A stretch of DNA of 64,000 nt from Minisyncoccota bacterium (GCA_041661795.1 JBAZTS010000005.1:768-64767); one strand, 5' to 3'. Shown: positions 20,165 through 29,257, numbered from the stretch's first letter. Numbers and translations are program-made. Notes: a model not told the origin generated them from the letters alone.

Positions 20165-22687
20165 ATGTTTAATCAAGAAAAAAACAAAAAAATAGAAACG
20201 ATTTTTAATAGACGACTTTTTGTTATGAGTGCTTTTTCTCGTTCCTTAATAAGGGTTCTGTTTTATTCTTTTTCAATAATAATGGTTGGAGTAATAATCG
20301 CTCTTTTTATATCTGACGTTGAAAAGTTGAATTGGCTGGGGGCTTTGATTTTTATAATTTTTGCGGATTATCTTTTGCACTACCGAACCTCTCATTATTC
20401 AATCAGTGATTTTTTCAACGGCAAAGTTCCTAAGAATAATGTCGCTCTATGTCTAAACAGGGAATCTCTTTATTTTTTAATTAATGCTTTTGAAAAAGCG
20501 TTAATTTTTGGGGGAGATCCAAGGATTTTTCTAACTTCACTTTTGATTGAAAAAGACAGTGTATCTAAAACTTTATCTCGATTGGATATATCTGCTAAAG
20601 AAATAAAAACCAAATTAGAGAATGAAATTAAAATTAGTGTCGGATCTAAAATAAGCAGAGAACAGGCCTTGGAGATAATAAAAGAGTTGGTAATCAAGGC
20701 CGCTGATGTTTCAAAATTTCACCTTCAGGAGGAAATTGACCCGGAAAGCTTGTTTGTAGCCGTGGCTAATTCTAATACCTCTTGGATGTCAAAAATTTTG
20801 GATTTTTTTGGGGTTACTCCAGACGACATAAATTCAGCAGCTGTTTTTTCAAAATTTGCTTATGGCAGAAAATCTCTTACTCCTCAAGTTACGGGCGGTT
20901 TTGCTATTAAAGGGTCAAAAATAAAATCCCATCGGGTCAACAGGTCTTTGACTTCTAAACCAACTCCTGTTCTTAATAGATTTTCAACTGATCTTACTGA
21001 TCTTGCCAGAATGGGACAGGCCGGATTTCTTATTGGGCATGGAAACGATTATGAACAGATGATTAACGGGCTTTCTCGTGTTGGTAAAAGAAACGTGTTA
21101 TTGGTGGGTGAGCCGGGAGTTGGGAAAGAAACCATAATCAATCACTTGGCATTTCAAATTATTAATGACAATGTTCCCGCTCCGCTTTTTGACAGGCGAC
21201 TGATTAAACTTTCTTTGGGGGAACTGGTTTCTGGGGCTTCTATGGAAGATTTGACTGATAGATTTAAAAAAGCGGTGGATGAAATTATTTTAGCCGGGAA
21301 CATAATTCTTTATATTCCAGACATACATATTTTGTCAAAAACTTCCCAAGGTAAGGAAATGGATCTTTCTGATATGCTAATGCCGGTTATTGAAAACGCT
21401 TCTTTTCCGGTTATTGGGACTACTTATCCTAAAGAGTTTAAGGAATTTGTTGAACCCAGATCTGATTTTGCTTCTTCCTTTGAAGTTCTAAGAATAGAGG
21501 AAATATCTAAAGAAGATGCAATAACTTTTTTGACTTATGATGCTATTTTACTTGAAAGACAGTATCGGGTGACAATTAATTTTTCTGCTATAAAACAATC
21601 GGTAATTCTGGCGTCCAAATATCTCCATTACAAACATCTACCATTAAGCGCTCAAGAAATTCTAAGAGAAGCGCTGGCATGGGCTACTCAAAAAGGAGAA
21701 AAATCAATTAATGGAGAAACAATTGTTTCTGTGGTTGAAAGAAAAACAAATATTCCGGTTCACAGAGCCGGCAGAGAGGAAGCTCAAGCACTTCTTAACT
21801 TAGAAGACCTTATCCATAATTCTTTTATAGACCAGGAAGAGGCGGTTATTAGCGTGGCAAGAGCGTTGAGGTCTTATCGGGCGGGTCTTGCCAGAAAAGG
21901 AGGGCCTATTGCCACCTTTCTTTTTGTGGGACCTACGGGGGTAGGGAAAACTGAGCTTTCTAAGATTTTATCTAAAATACACTTTGGGTCTGATAAAGCA
22001 ATGATTAGATTTGATATGTCAGAGTTCCAACAGAAAGATTCAATTTCTCGGTTGATTGGTTCTAACGATGGGAAAATTGCCGGCTCTCTTACCGAAACAA
22101 TTATTCAAAAACCCTATTCACTGGTGCTTTTAGATGAATTTGAAAAAGCCAACTCAGATATACTCAATTTATTTTTACAGGTCTTTGACGACGGACGGTT
22201 GACTGATAGTTTGGGAAGAGTAGTTGATTTCCAAAATACTATTATTATTACCACCTCCAATGCTCACTCGGTATTTATTCAGGATAAAATAAGAGCCGGA
22301 GAAAATATTAAGGACTTTGCCGATGAATTTAAGAAGAAGTTAACAGAATATTTCAAACCGGAACTTTTAAACAGATTTTCTGATGTGGTTGTTTTTAAAC
22401 CTCTGTCTTTGGAAGACATAAAAAAAGTAACTAAACTTAATTTAGACAAACTATCCAAGGATATTAAAGAATCTCAAAATATTATTTTGGAATTTAGTTC
22501 TGCGGCCAACGACAAAATAGCGGAAATTGGGTATGACCCGGCTTTTGGCGCAAGACCACTAAGAAAAGCGATTGACGATAATATAAAATCGGTTTTATCG
22601 GAAGCGATACTTTCCGAAAAAATCATTAAAGGAGGAAAGGTGTTTGTAGACATAAATCAAGAAGGAAATTTTTCTTTTAGTTTTTAA
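20165..22687 (+). CDS. ClpA/B/C-family AAA+ ATPase with N-terminal TM helices
   Basis: GEPGVGKE and GPTGVGKT Walker A; RFDMSE; LLDEFEK; GARPLR. Confidence 0.9.
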   Translation: MFNQEKNKKIETIFNRRLFVMSAFSRSLIRVLFYSFSIIMVGVIIALFISDVEKLNWLGALIFIIFADYLLHYRTSHYSISDFFNGKVPKNNVALCLNRESLYFLINAFEKALIFGGDPRIFLTSLLIEKDSVSKTLSRLDISAKEIKTKLENEIKISVGSKISREQALEIIKELVIKAADVSKFHLQEEIDPESLFVAVANSNTSWMSKILDFFGVTPDDINSAAVFSKFAYGRKSLTPQVTGGFAIKGSKIKSHRVNRSLTSKPTPVLNRFSTDLTDLARMGQAGFLIGHGNDYEQMINGLSRVGKRNVLLVGEPGVGKETIINHLAFQIINDNVPAPLFDRRLIKLSLGELVSGASMEDLTDRFKKAVDEIILAGNIILYIPDIHILSKTSQGKEMDLSDMLMPVIENASFPVIGTTYPKEFKEFVEPRSDFASSFEVLRIEEISKEDAITFLTYDAILLERQYRVTINFSAIKQSVILASKYLHYKHLPLSAQEILREALAWATQKGEKSINGETIVSVVERKTNIPVHRAGREEAQALLNLEDLIHNSFIDQEEAVISVARALRSYRAGLARKGGPIATFLFVGPTGVGKTELSKILSKIHFGSDKAMIRFDMSEFQQKDSISRLIGSNDGKIAGSLTETIIQKPYSLVLLDEFEKANSDILNLFLQVFDDGRLTDSLGRVVDFQNTIIITTSNAHSVFIQDKIRAGENIKDFADEFKKKLTEYFKPELLNRFSDVVVFKPLSLEDIKKVTKLNLDKLSKDIKESQNIILEFSSAANDKIAEIGYDPAFGARPLRKAIDDNIKSVLSEAILSEKIIKGGKVFVDINQEGNFSFSF

Positions 22688-22705
22688 TAATTGTAAAATA
22701 TTAAT

Positions 22706-23194
22706 ATGATCACAAAAAATAACCAAGAAGAGCAAGGACCCGGGGAGAAAATTGTCTCTTCTGGGGTTATTATTTTCAGAAAATCAGAAGAAGGTCCCAG
22801 ATTTTTGATGTTATATTATGGTCATAATTATTGGACTTTTCCCAGAGGCAAAATTGAGAAAGGGGAGAATGGTTTTTCAGCGGCTCTTAGAGAGACAAAA
22901 GAAGAAACAGGTCTTTCTAAAAGCGACCTAATGCTTTCTTCTTATTTTAAAGCCCACGAAAGATGGATTTTTGTAAGAAACAACAGGAAGATATTTAGAG
23001 TAATCATTTTTTATTTAGCCCAAACTCATCAGTCCAATATTAAAATCTCTTCTGAACACAAGGGTTATGGATGGTTTACTTATCATGAAGCCATAAAGAT
23101 ACTTGTTGGGGAGAAAAACAGCGAGAATAGGAAAGTATTAAAAAGGGCTTATGATTTCATAAACAAAAATAGCAACAAAAAAACAGCGGAATAA
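22706..23194 (+). CDS. NUDIX hydrolase (Ap4A hydrolase-like)
   Basis: GKIEKGENGFSAALRETKEETGL Nudix box. Confidence 0.9.
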   Translation: MITKNNQEEQGPGEKIVSSGVIIFRKSEEGPRFLMLYYGHNYWTFPRGKIEKGENGFSAALRETKEETGLSKSDLMLSSYFKAHERWIFVRNNRKIFRVIIFYLAQTHQSNIKISSEHKGYGWFTYHEAIKILVGEKNSENRKVLKRAYDFINKNSNKKTAE

Positions 23195-23209
23195 TTGCTG
23201 TTTTTTTGT
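23175..23209. terminator. Bidirectional terminator between convergent NUDIX gene and rplT
   Basis: acaaaaaaacagc...gctgtttttttgt. Confidence 0.7.
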
Positions 23210-23215
23210 AGTAGA

Positions 23216-23560
23216 TTACGAGAGTGACTTTACTATCATTTCAAAAACTTGAGGATGTTTCTGAGCGATTTCTGATAAGATTTTTCTGTCCAGTTCTACT
23301 TTGTTATCCTTTAGTTTCTTTATAAATTGGCTGTAAGATATTCCTTGTTTTCTTGAGGCGGCGTTAATTCTTACCTGCCAAATCCTTCTAAAATCTCTTT
23401 TTCTTTCTTTTCTTCCTTTAAAACTTCTAGATTGAGAATGAAGCAGGGCCTCTTTGGCGGCTCTTTCCTTTGATTTTCTTCCCCACCTAAATCCTTTAAC
23501 TTTTTTTAATAACTTTTCCCTTTTTTTATGGGCAATGGTGCCTCTTTTTATTCTTGTCAT
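23216..23560 (-). CDS. rplT: 50S ribosomal protein L20
   Basis: MTRIKRG...RKRDFRRIWQVRINAA. Confidence 0.97.
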   Translation of the reverse strand: MTRIKRGTIAHKKREKLLKKVKGFRWGRKSKERAAKEALLHSQSRSFKGRKERKRDFRRIWQVRINAASRKQGISYSQFIKKLKDNKVELDRKILSEIAQKHPQVFEMIVKSLS

Positions 23561-23564
23561 ATTT

Positions 23565-23744
23565 TTACAAAGTTCCTGGTTTTTTAAATATTCTTCTGGC
23601 TATAGAATCGGCCGATCTTGGGTTTGATTTCTGTCTTGTCTGCTTTCCTGTTCTTTTAGCGCGGAAATGGCACTGAGCAATCTGTCTTCGGACGGTCTTC
23701 CCATTTTTGGTTATTTTAATTCTTGTGGATATGGATTTTTTCAT
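23565..23744 (-). CDS. rpmI: 50S ribosomal protein L35 (59 aa, absent from the ORF track)
   Basis: Manual translation MKKSISTRIKITKNGKTVRRQIAQCHFRAKRTGKQTRQK...; lies between infC and rplT. Confidence 0.9.
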   Translation of the reverse strand: MKKSISTRIKITKNGKTVRRQIAQCHFRAKRTGKQTRQKSNPRSADSIARRIFKKPGTL

Positions 23745-23745
23745 A

Positions 23746-24249
23746 TTATTTTTTCATTATCTGAACACTCATTCCTCTGCCGACAAACTTTTCTGGGGAA
23801 GTCACCTTATATTCATGTCCTATCATTGTCATAAATTCTGACATTTTGGTTTTAGCCCAATCACGATTGTATTTTTCTCTGCCTCTTAAGACCATATCTA
23901 TCTCTACGGTGTGATTTTCCTCTAAAAACTCGTCAACTTTCTTGGCTTTTATGTTTAAATCATTTTTTGCTGCTCGGGCCGATATTCTTACTTGCTTTAG
24001 CTCGTTTCCTGATTTTTTCTGGCGATTTTTCTTTTCTTCTTTCGTTTGCTGATACCTGAATTTATCAAAACTGATGAGTTTAGCTACCGGAGGGTTGGCC
24101 ATCGGGGCCGTTTCTATCAAATCCAAGCCCTTTTCTACGGCCAATTTTAGGGCCTCCTCCTTACTCATAACCCCCAAGCTCTCTCCTAATTCTCCTACTA
24201 CTCTTAGTGTTGGAGAGGTTATCTGATGATTGATTTTTGTCTGTTTAAT
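23746..24249 (-). CDS. infC: Translation initiation factor IF-3, probable ATT start
   Basis: Frame extends upstream of the tracked start as IKQTKINHQITSPTLRVVGELGESLGVM; LRGRE motif; in-frame stop shortly upstream. Confidence 0.92.
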   Translation of the reverse strand: MKQTKINHQITSPTLRVVGELGESLGVMSKEEALKLAVEKGLDLIETAPMANPPVAKLISFDKFRYQQTKEEKKNRQKKSGNELKQVRISARAAKNDLNIKAKKVDEFLEENHTVEIDMVLRGREKYNRDWAKTKMSEFMTMIGHEYKVTSPEKFVGRGMSVQIMKK

Positions 24250-24335
24250 TAATATATTTTTGCAGATTAATTACGGGTTTAAATTAGCATAAACATGAAG
24301 TGTTTGCAACCCCGTTATGGTAAGATATACATGAT

Positions 24336-25025
24336 ATGCCTCTTATTAAAATTCCCAAAAATTTAAAGGTGGTTTATGTTGACGGATTTAAAATCCGCAA
24401 CCATATTGATGATGATTTTGCCATAGCTCACGTTTTTTTTGACGAACTTTGTTATTTTCCTAAAAAATTCTATATTCCTAAAGATGAAATTTGGATTGAT
24501 TACCATTATCGCAATGAAACTGAATTTCTAATCAAAACTCAACACTATTTTTCTTTTTCGGCGAAATCATATTTACATATCAGGAATTTGATGAAAAAAG
24601 AATTATGCAAAAAAGGTCCTGTTCCCGACTTCAAATTAAAAATTTTTAGAAAGGATAGTAAAAAAATAGTTTATGTTGACGGAAAAGTTTTAAGGGAATA
24701 TATTGACCCAGAATTTGTCATGGGGGGCCATGGGCTTGTTTACTCTTATATTCCTGAAAATGAAATATGGATTGATGTTAAGGTTGATCTCAAAGAGGTT
24801 CCTTATATTTTGCTTCACGAACGGGTGGAGTATGATTTGATGAAAAAAGGAAAGAGTTATGATGTTGCTCATGAATATGCGGTTGTAGCTGATAAAGAAG
24901 AACGTAGAAAAAGGACCGGGGCTTCTTATGCCGGTGATTATAATTATCCATGGTATGGCCAAAGCAACAAAAAAATTATAAAAAAGATCACAGTTTCTCA
25001 AAAAATATGGAAAATAAAGAGTTAG
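24336..25025 (+). CDS. Hypothetical protein with an internally duplicated domain and an HExxE...H motif
   Basis: YVDG...YIPxxEIWID occurs twice; LLHERVE...AHEYA. Confidence 0.7.
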   Translation: MPLIKIPKNLKVVYVDGFKIRNHIDDDFAIAHVFFDELCYFPKKFYIPKDEIWIDYHYRNETEFLIKTQHYFSFSAKSYLHIRNLMKKELCKKGPVPDFKLKIFRKDSKKIVYVDGKVLREYIDPEFVMGGHGLVYSYIPENEIWIDVKVDLKEVPYILLHERVEYDLMKKGKSYDVAHEYAVVADKEERRKRTGASYAGDYNYPWYGQSNKKIIKKITVSQKIWKIKS

Positions 25026-25537
25026 AAAAAAAGGAAAAATCAATTGAAGTGGAAAAGTTTGTCCAGAGCCCGGGTTTTTGCGGTCCGGCTTCATTGAAAA
25101 TTCTTCTCTCGTATTTTGGTGTAAATCACTCCGAGGAACAATTAGGACAACTTTGTTATACCACTTACGATTCTGGGACCGAACATGAAGGGATGACACA
25201 GGCCGTTAAAGCTACAGGGGCTTATGTTTTTACCAAAGAAAACGGAACTATTGAAGAATTGGAGTATTTTATAAAAGAAGAGAAACTCCCGGTTATTATT
25301 GGGTGGTTTGATAAGGACGGAGACCATTACAGCGTATTGGTTAATATTACCGACAAAAATATTATTATTGTAGATCCGGCAGTTAATGACCCGGAAAGAT
25401 GGATAGACAAAGAAGTTTTTCCCCGTGTTTGGTTTGACTTTGTAGGCAAGGACAACAAAGTAGTTTCCTGGGGATGGTATTTGGTGGCTACTTTTGAGAA
25501 GAAGAGGTTTAAAGTAAAAGGAGGATACTACTATTAA
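25007..25537 (+). CDS. Stand-alone C39-like cysteine peptidase
   Basis: QSPGFCGPASL, DHYSVL, VDPA; ATG 25007 overlaps the upstream gene end. Confidence 0.8.
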   Translation: MENKELEKKEKSIEVEKFVQSPGFCGPASLKILLSYFGVNHSEEQLGQLCYTTYDSGTEHEGMTQAVKATGAYVFTKENGTIEELEYFIKEEKLPVIIGWFDKDGDHYSVLVNITDKNIIIVDPAVNDPERWIDKEVFPRVWFDFVGKDNKVVSWGWYLVATFEKKRFKVKGGYYY

Positions 25538-25547
25538 TAATTTCTAA

Positions 25548-26255
25548 ATGGATTCTGTCTCTTTGTTGAGGTTTGATATAAATAAATTAAAAAGCTCTTA
25601 CCGAGCTAAAGTTTCCCAAAGTTTTTTTAAGACAGGTAAAGGACAGTATGGAGAAGGGGATATTTTTATAGGACTGACGGTTCCTCAATGCAGGATGTTA
25701 TCTAAAAAATATCTTGACCTTTCAAAATCTGAAGTTGGAAAAATTCTTAAATCAAAGATACATGAAGAAAGATTAATAGCTCTTTTGATTTTGGTGGAAA
25801 AATTTTCTAAAGGAGATAATAAAAAAAGAAAAGAAATATTTGATTTTTATCTTAAAAATATCAAATATATAAACAATTGGGACTTGGTTGATTTATCGGC
25901 AGATAAAATTGTTGGTGCTTATCTTTTGGACAAAGATAAGAATATTCTTTTAAAACTGGTTTTATCCAAAAATATTTGGGAAAGAAGGATTTCTGTAATA
26001 TCCACTTTTAATTTTATAAAGAATGGCAAATTTGATTGGACTCTTAAAATATCCAAAATTCTTTTAAACGATAGTCACGATTTAATCCAAAAGGCGGTCG
26101 GATGGATGCTAAGGGAAGTGGGTAAAAAATCAATTGCGGTTGAAAAAACTTTTTTAAATAAATATTACCGTAAAATGCCTCGTACCATGTTAAGGTATGC
26201 TATTGAGAGATTTTCAGAAAAGGAGAGGCAAAAATATTTAAAAGGTGTGGTATAA
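25548..26255 (+). CDS. alkD: DNA alkylation repair enzyme (AlkD-like HEAT-repeat glycosylase)
   Basis: FFKTGKGQYGEGD, NNWDLVD, KAVGWMLRE, MPRTMLRYAIE. Confidence 0.9.
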   Translation: MDSVSLLRFDINKLKSSYRAKVSQSFFKTGKGQYGEGDIFIGLTVPQCRMLSKKYLDLSKSEVGKILKSKIHEERLIALLILVEKFSKGDNKKRKEIFDFYLKNIKYINNWDLVDLSADKIVGAYLLDKDKNILLKLVLSKNIWERRISVISTFNFIKNGKFDWTLKISKILLNDSHDLIQKAVGWMLREVGKKSIAVEKTFLNKYYRKMPRTMLRYAIERFSEKERQKYLKGVV

Positions 26256-26300
26256 TAAAGTTATTATCCCCGACGCTTTGGTTGGGGCTATAATAAGTTT

Positions 26301-26460
26301 ACCCCCTCACTCATTGATACAAAGTTAATGAGTTAGTATCCAGACAGAGCCGTAAGGCGACTTTCGTCTCTATCTTATGCTATCACCCAAGGCATTGCTA
26401 CAATAAGTGAGTGGGTGCTCGGTTTTATAATTAATCGCTACGCTCTTAAATAAAAACGGC
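26301..26460 (+). repeat. ~160-nt structured dispersed element, copy 1
   Basis: Near-identical to 43037-43197; 16-bp inverted repeat with 2 mismatches; ends at ATG 26461. Confidence 0.9.
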
Positions 26461-26907
26461 ATGAAAATACCACAAAAACTTCCGCAATTTGAAAAAGAAA
26501 AATATTTTGTTATAGTAGCCGGACATCAGGAAGCCGATTTTTACACTGTTTTTGAGGGGAATATTGATAAAAAGGCGTCTTTTAAGTTTGAAAAGCCAAA
26601 ATATTCAGATAAGGAGGGTTTTACCGCCAGGGCTACTCAGGGAAAATCAATTGGTGGAGGTCCGGCTCTAGAGATATCAAAGGAAAAGATAACCCAGGAC
26701 TTTTTGAAAGAATTCAAGAAGATAATAAGAGCATTTTCAAACGATAAGAGTATAAAAAAAGTTGTTATTTTCTCTTCGCCTTATGTTATCAGCCACATAA
26801 AAGACAATCTTCCTGTTGGGCTTAGAGATAAAGTTAAAAAGGTTATTTCTGGAAATTATTCTAAAACCCATCCGTTAAAAATAGTGGAAATGATTTTTGC
26901 CCGCTAG
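26461..26907 (+). CDS. Host-attachment/baeRF-like family protein
   Basis: Size and pattern (VIVA...YSDKEG...FLKEF...NYSKTHP) resemble this family from memory. Confidence 0.55.
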   Translation: MKIPQKLPQFEKEKYFVIVAGHQEADFYTVFEGNIDKKASFKFEKPKYSDKEGFTARATQGKSIGGGPALEISKEKITQDFLKEFKKIIRAFSNDKSIKKVVIFSSPYVISHIKDNLPVGLRDKVKKVISGNYSKTHPLKIVEMIFAR

Positions 26908-26929
26908 AAGCGGGTCCGCCTCTGGCGGA
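26900..26929. repeat. Twin GC-rich mini-hairpins (REP-like)
   Basis: cccgct-aga-agcggg directly followed by tccgcc-tct-ggcgga. Confidence 0.7.
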
Positions 26930-26939
26930 AAAAATTATT

Positions 26940-27200
26940 ATGCCAATAACCTACGTATTGTTTAGTGAGAAAACGAACAGGTTTTATACTGGTTCGTCTC
27001 ATGATGATAATATAGAGATAAGAATGAGGACACATAATTTGGGAGGAGTGAGATCTACTAAATATGGAAGACCATGGAAGTTAGTTGAGGTTGAGAACTT
27101 TAGTAGTTATACTGATGCAAGAAAAAGAGAGTTATTCTTAAAAACTGGTGTTGGGAGGCAGTACATTCATAAAAATTTTGGATATTTGAAAGAGAAATGA
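26940..27200 (+). CDS. Small GIY-YIG nuclease
   Basis: TYVLFS...FYTGS...RMRTHN...ST...RPWKL...ARKRELFLKTG. Confidence 0.9.
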   Translation: MPITYVLFSEKTNRFYTGSSHDDNIEIRMRTHNLGGVRSTKYGRPWKLVEVENFSSYTDARKRELFLKTGVGRQYIHKNFGYLKEK

Positions 27201-27214
27201 TTCTCGCCTAAAGC

Positions 27215-27301
27215 GGAAGGTTGGCAGAGTGGTCTAACGCGCCGCACTTGAAATGCGGTATCCCGGAAACGGGATCGGAGGTTCGAATCCTCCACCTTCC
27301 G
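27215..27301 (+). tRNA. tRNA-Ser(TGA)
   Basis: Cloverleaf; ccgca-cttgaaa-tgcgg anticodon arm; long variable arm; GTTCGAATC; no encoded CCA. Confidence 0.95.
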
Positions 27302-27349
27302 CTTTGTGCGGGAAAATATGGTGTGCCAAAAAGGCGTAAAGAGTATTTT

Positions 27350-27381
27350 TGAAATATTTCTCCGTTTGATTTGTAGTAATA
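27350..27381 (+). promoter_or_regulatory. Putative ECF sigma promoter (autoregulatory)
   Basis: TGAAAT-N16-TGTAGTAATA; same motif and spacing at 28670-28701. Confidence 0.7.
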
Positions 27382-27390
27382 TGGAAGGTA

Positions 27391-27936
27391 ATGGATAAAA
27401 CCGACAAAGAATTGATTCTGCTTGCCAAAGACGGGGATAGCCAGGCCTTCGGTTTTTTAATTGACAGGTACGAGGACAAGATTTCAAGATATGCCAGAAA
27501 ATTTTTATCTAATACCCATGACATTCAGGATATAGTTCAAGAGGTTTTTATTAAAGCGTATATCAATATCCAAAGTTTTAATGAGGAAGAGAGCTTTTCT
27601 CCTTGGGTGTATCGGATTGCTCACAACGAATTTATTAACGCTCTTAAAAAGAAAAAAAGAGAACCGCTATCTTTTTTTGATGCCGATACTCTTTTCCCTC
27701 ATCCTGTGTCTTTGCAAAATGCCGATGATTCGTTAAACGAAAGAGAATCAAAAGAGATGGTTGATAAGTTCTTGGATCAAGTTTCGGTAAAATACAAAGA
27801 GCCATTGGTATTATATTATTTTGAAAATTTGAGTTATCAAGAGATTTCTCAAATTCTTAAAATTCCCATATCTACGGTTGGCGTTAGGTTACAAAGAGCT
27901 AAGAAAATGATAAAAAAAATATATGAGCGAGAATAA
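27391..27936 (+). CDS. ECF RNA polymerase sigma factor (SigW-like)
   Basis: DIVQEVFIKAY, FSPWVYRIAHN, LSYQEISQIL...TVGVRLQRAK. Confidence 0.92.
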   Translation: MDKTDKELILLAKDGDSQAFGFLIDRYEDKISRYARKFLSNTHDIQDIVQEVFIKAYINIQSFNEEESFSPWVYRIAHNEFINALKKKKREPLSFFDADTLFPHPVSLQNADDSLNERESKEMVDKFLDQVSVKYKEPLVLYYFENLSYQEISQILKIPISTVGVRLQRAKKMIKKIYERE

Positions 27937-28672
27937 AACAATAAAAGATTTCGTAATTGAAAAAATAAAAAGCGGTCAGGCAAAGATGAAACCCAAATGG
28001 CACTTTGTGTTAAAGGCCGTATTGTTTATTTTGGGGATTATCCTGATAACTTTGACGATTCTCTATCTAATCAGTTTTATTATTTTCTCTTTGAATCAAA
28101 CAGGCGCTATATTCGCTCCGTCTTTTGGTTTGAGGGGGTTTGGAATTTTTATGGCTTCTTTGCCTTGGGTGTTGATATTAGTTTCTGGGATCTTCATAAT
28201 TATTCTTGAGATTCTGGTAAAACATTATTCTTTTGCTTATAAAAAACCCATTTTTTATTCGGTGTTGGGGATTTTGATTTTGGTTTTGGCTGGGGGATTT
28301 ATAATCTCCAGATCCGGATTCCATCAGAAATTTTTTAGAGATGCTCGCAATTTTAAACTGCCTTTAGCTGGGCCCCTTTATCGAGAATTTGGAATGAAGA
28401 AGTTTGACGATATCCACATCGGAACAATCGTTAAAATAAATGAAAAAAGTTTTGTTTTAGAAAATAACAGAGGAGAAATGCTTAGTGTAAATATTTTATC
28501 AAATACTCGTTTATCTGTAGATTTAGACCTTAAGGAGGGTGATTTGGTTATGGTTGTAGGAAGGAGAAATGGAGACATTGTTGATGCTTTTGGTATAAGA
28601 AAAGCCGATGATCAAATGATGATGTTTGAAAGAGGCGCAATAATGAACCGCCCACCAGCGCCTTTGGAGTGA
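27923..28672 (+). CDS. Three-TM membrane protein with C-terminal OB-like domain (candidate anti-sigma factor)
   Basis: Overlaps the sigma gene stop; three hydrophobic segments; function inferred from position. Confidence 0.6.
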   Translation: MSENKTIKDFVIEKIKSGQAKMKPKWHFVLKAVLFILGIILITLTILYLISFIIFSLNQTGAIFAPSFGLRGFGIFMASLPWVLILVSGIFIIILEILVKHYSFAYKKPIFYSVLGILILVLAGGFIISRSGFHQKFFRDARNFKLPLAGPLYREFGMKKFDDIHIGTIVKINEKSFVLENNRGEMLSVNILSNTRLSVDLDLKEGDLVMVVGRRNGDIVDAFGIRKADDQMMMFERGAIMNRPPAPLE

Positions 28673-28701
28673 AATATTTTTTTGTTTTAGTTGTAGTAAT
28701 A
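28670..28701 (+). promoter_or_regulatory. Second putative ECF sigma promoter
   Basis: TGAAAT-N16-TGTAGTAATA. Confidence 0.7.
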
Positions 28702-28740
28702 AGTAGCCGGCAAGATTATTACTATTAAAATAAAAAATAA

Positions 28741-29178
28741 ATGAAGAAAAAATTGATTTACGCGATTATTCCGGTAGTTGGAGCTGGGTTTATTCTAGCA
28801 GGAGTCGCTTCGGCTCACGGGTTCTTTATGGGAGAAGTTAGCGCCGAAGAAATAGCTTCTCGCCAAAAAACAATGTTTGAACACCAGGCAAATATTTTGG
28901 GGGTTGGTGCAGACGTCATAAAAGAAGGATGGGCTCAGGGTAAAACCATTTTTGATATAGCTAAAGAAAATGGAATAACTGAAGCTCAGCTTCAGGAAAA
29001 AATGAAGATTCAGCGTCAAACTCAGATGACAGCCCATATTCAAGCGTTGGTTGATCAGGGAGTCATAACTCAAGATCAGGCCAATAAGCGTTTGGAATTC
29101 GATAAAAGCAATACTGGAAAGAAAGGGATGGGCATGACGGGAAAAAGTAGAGGAGGGTTTGGAATGATGGGGTTATAA
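28741..29178 (+). CDS. Secreted helical protein with Gly/Met-rich tail
   Basis: Signal ending VASA; LVDQGVITQDQA. Confidence 0.75.
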   Translation: MKKKLIYAIIPVVGAGFILAGVASAHGFFMGEVSAEEIASRQKTMFEHQANILGVGADVIKEGWAQGKTIFDIAKENGITEAQLQEKMKIQRQTQMTAHIQALVDQGVITQDQANKRLEFDKSNTGKKGMGMTGKSRGGFGMMGL

Positions 29179-29199
29179 ATTAAATTTAAGCCAGTGAAG

Positions 29200-29243
29200 A
29201 TTTCAGGTGCCTTGCTTTCCAATCTTGAGCAGGCACCTGAAAT
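29200..29243. other. Intercistronic hairpin
   Basis: atttcaggtgcct...aggcacctgaaat 13-bp stem. Confidence 0.6.
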
Positions 29244-29257
29244 TTATATTTATAAAT

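Noticed and set aside
26301-26460. 160-nt element as a hammerhead ribozyme or c-di-GMP riboswitch
   Set aside because: TTAATGAG and GCC-GTAA-GGC are suggestive, but the CUGAUGA/GAAA core and the riboswitch consensus are not matched
27167-27524. Minus-strand ORFs of 106 and 96 aa
   Set aside because: Overlap tRNA-Ser and the sigma gene
29207-29257. GTG start for the efflux adaptor
   Set aside because: Falls inside the intergenic hairpin; ATG 29258 gives a normal N-terminus
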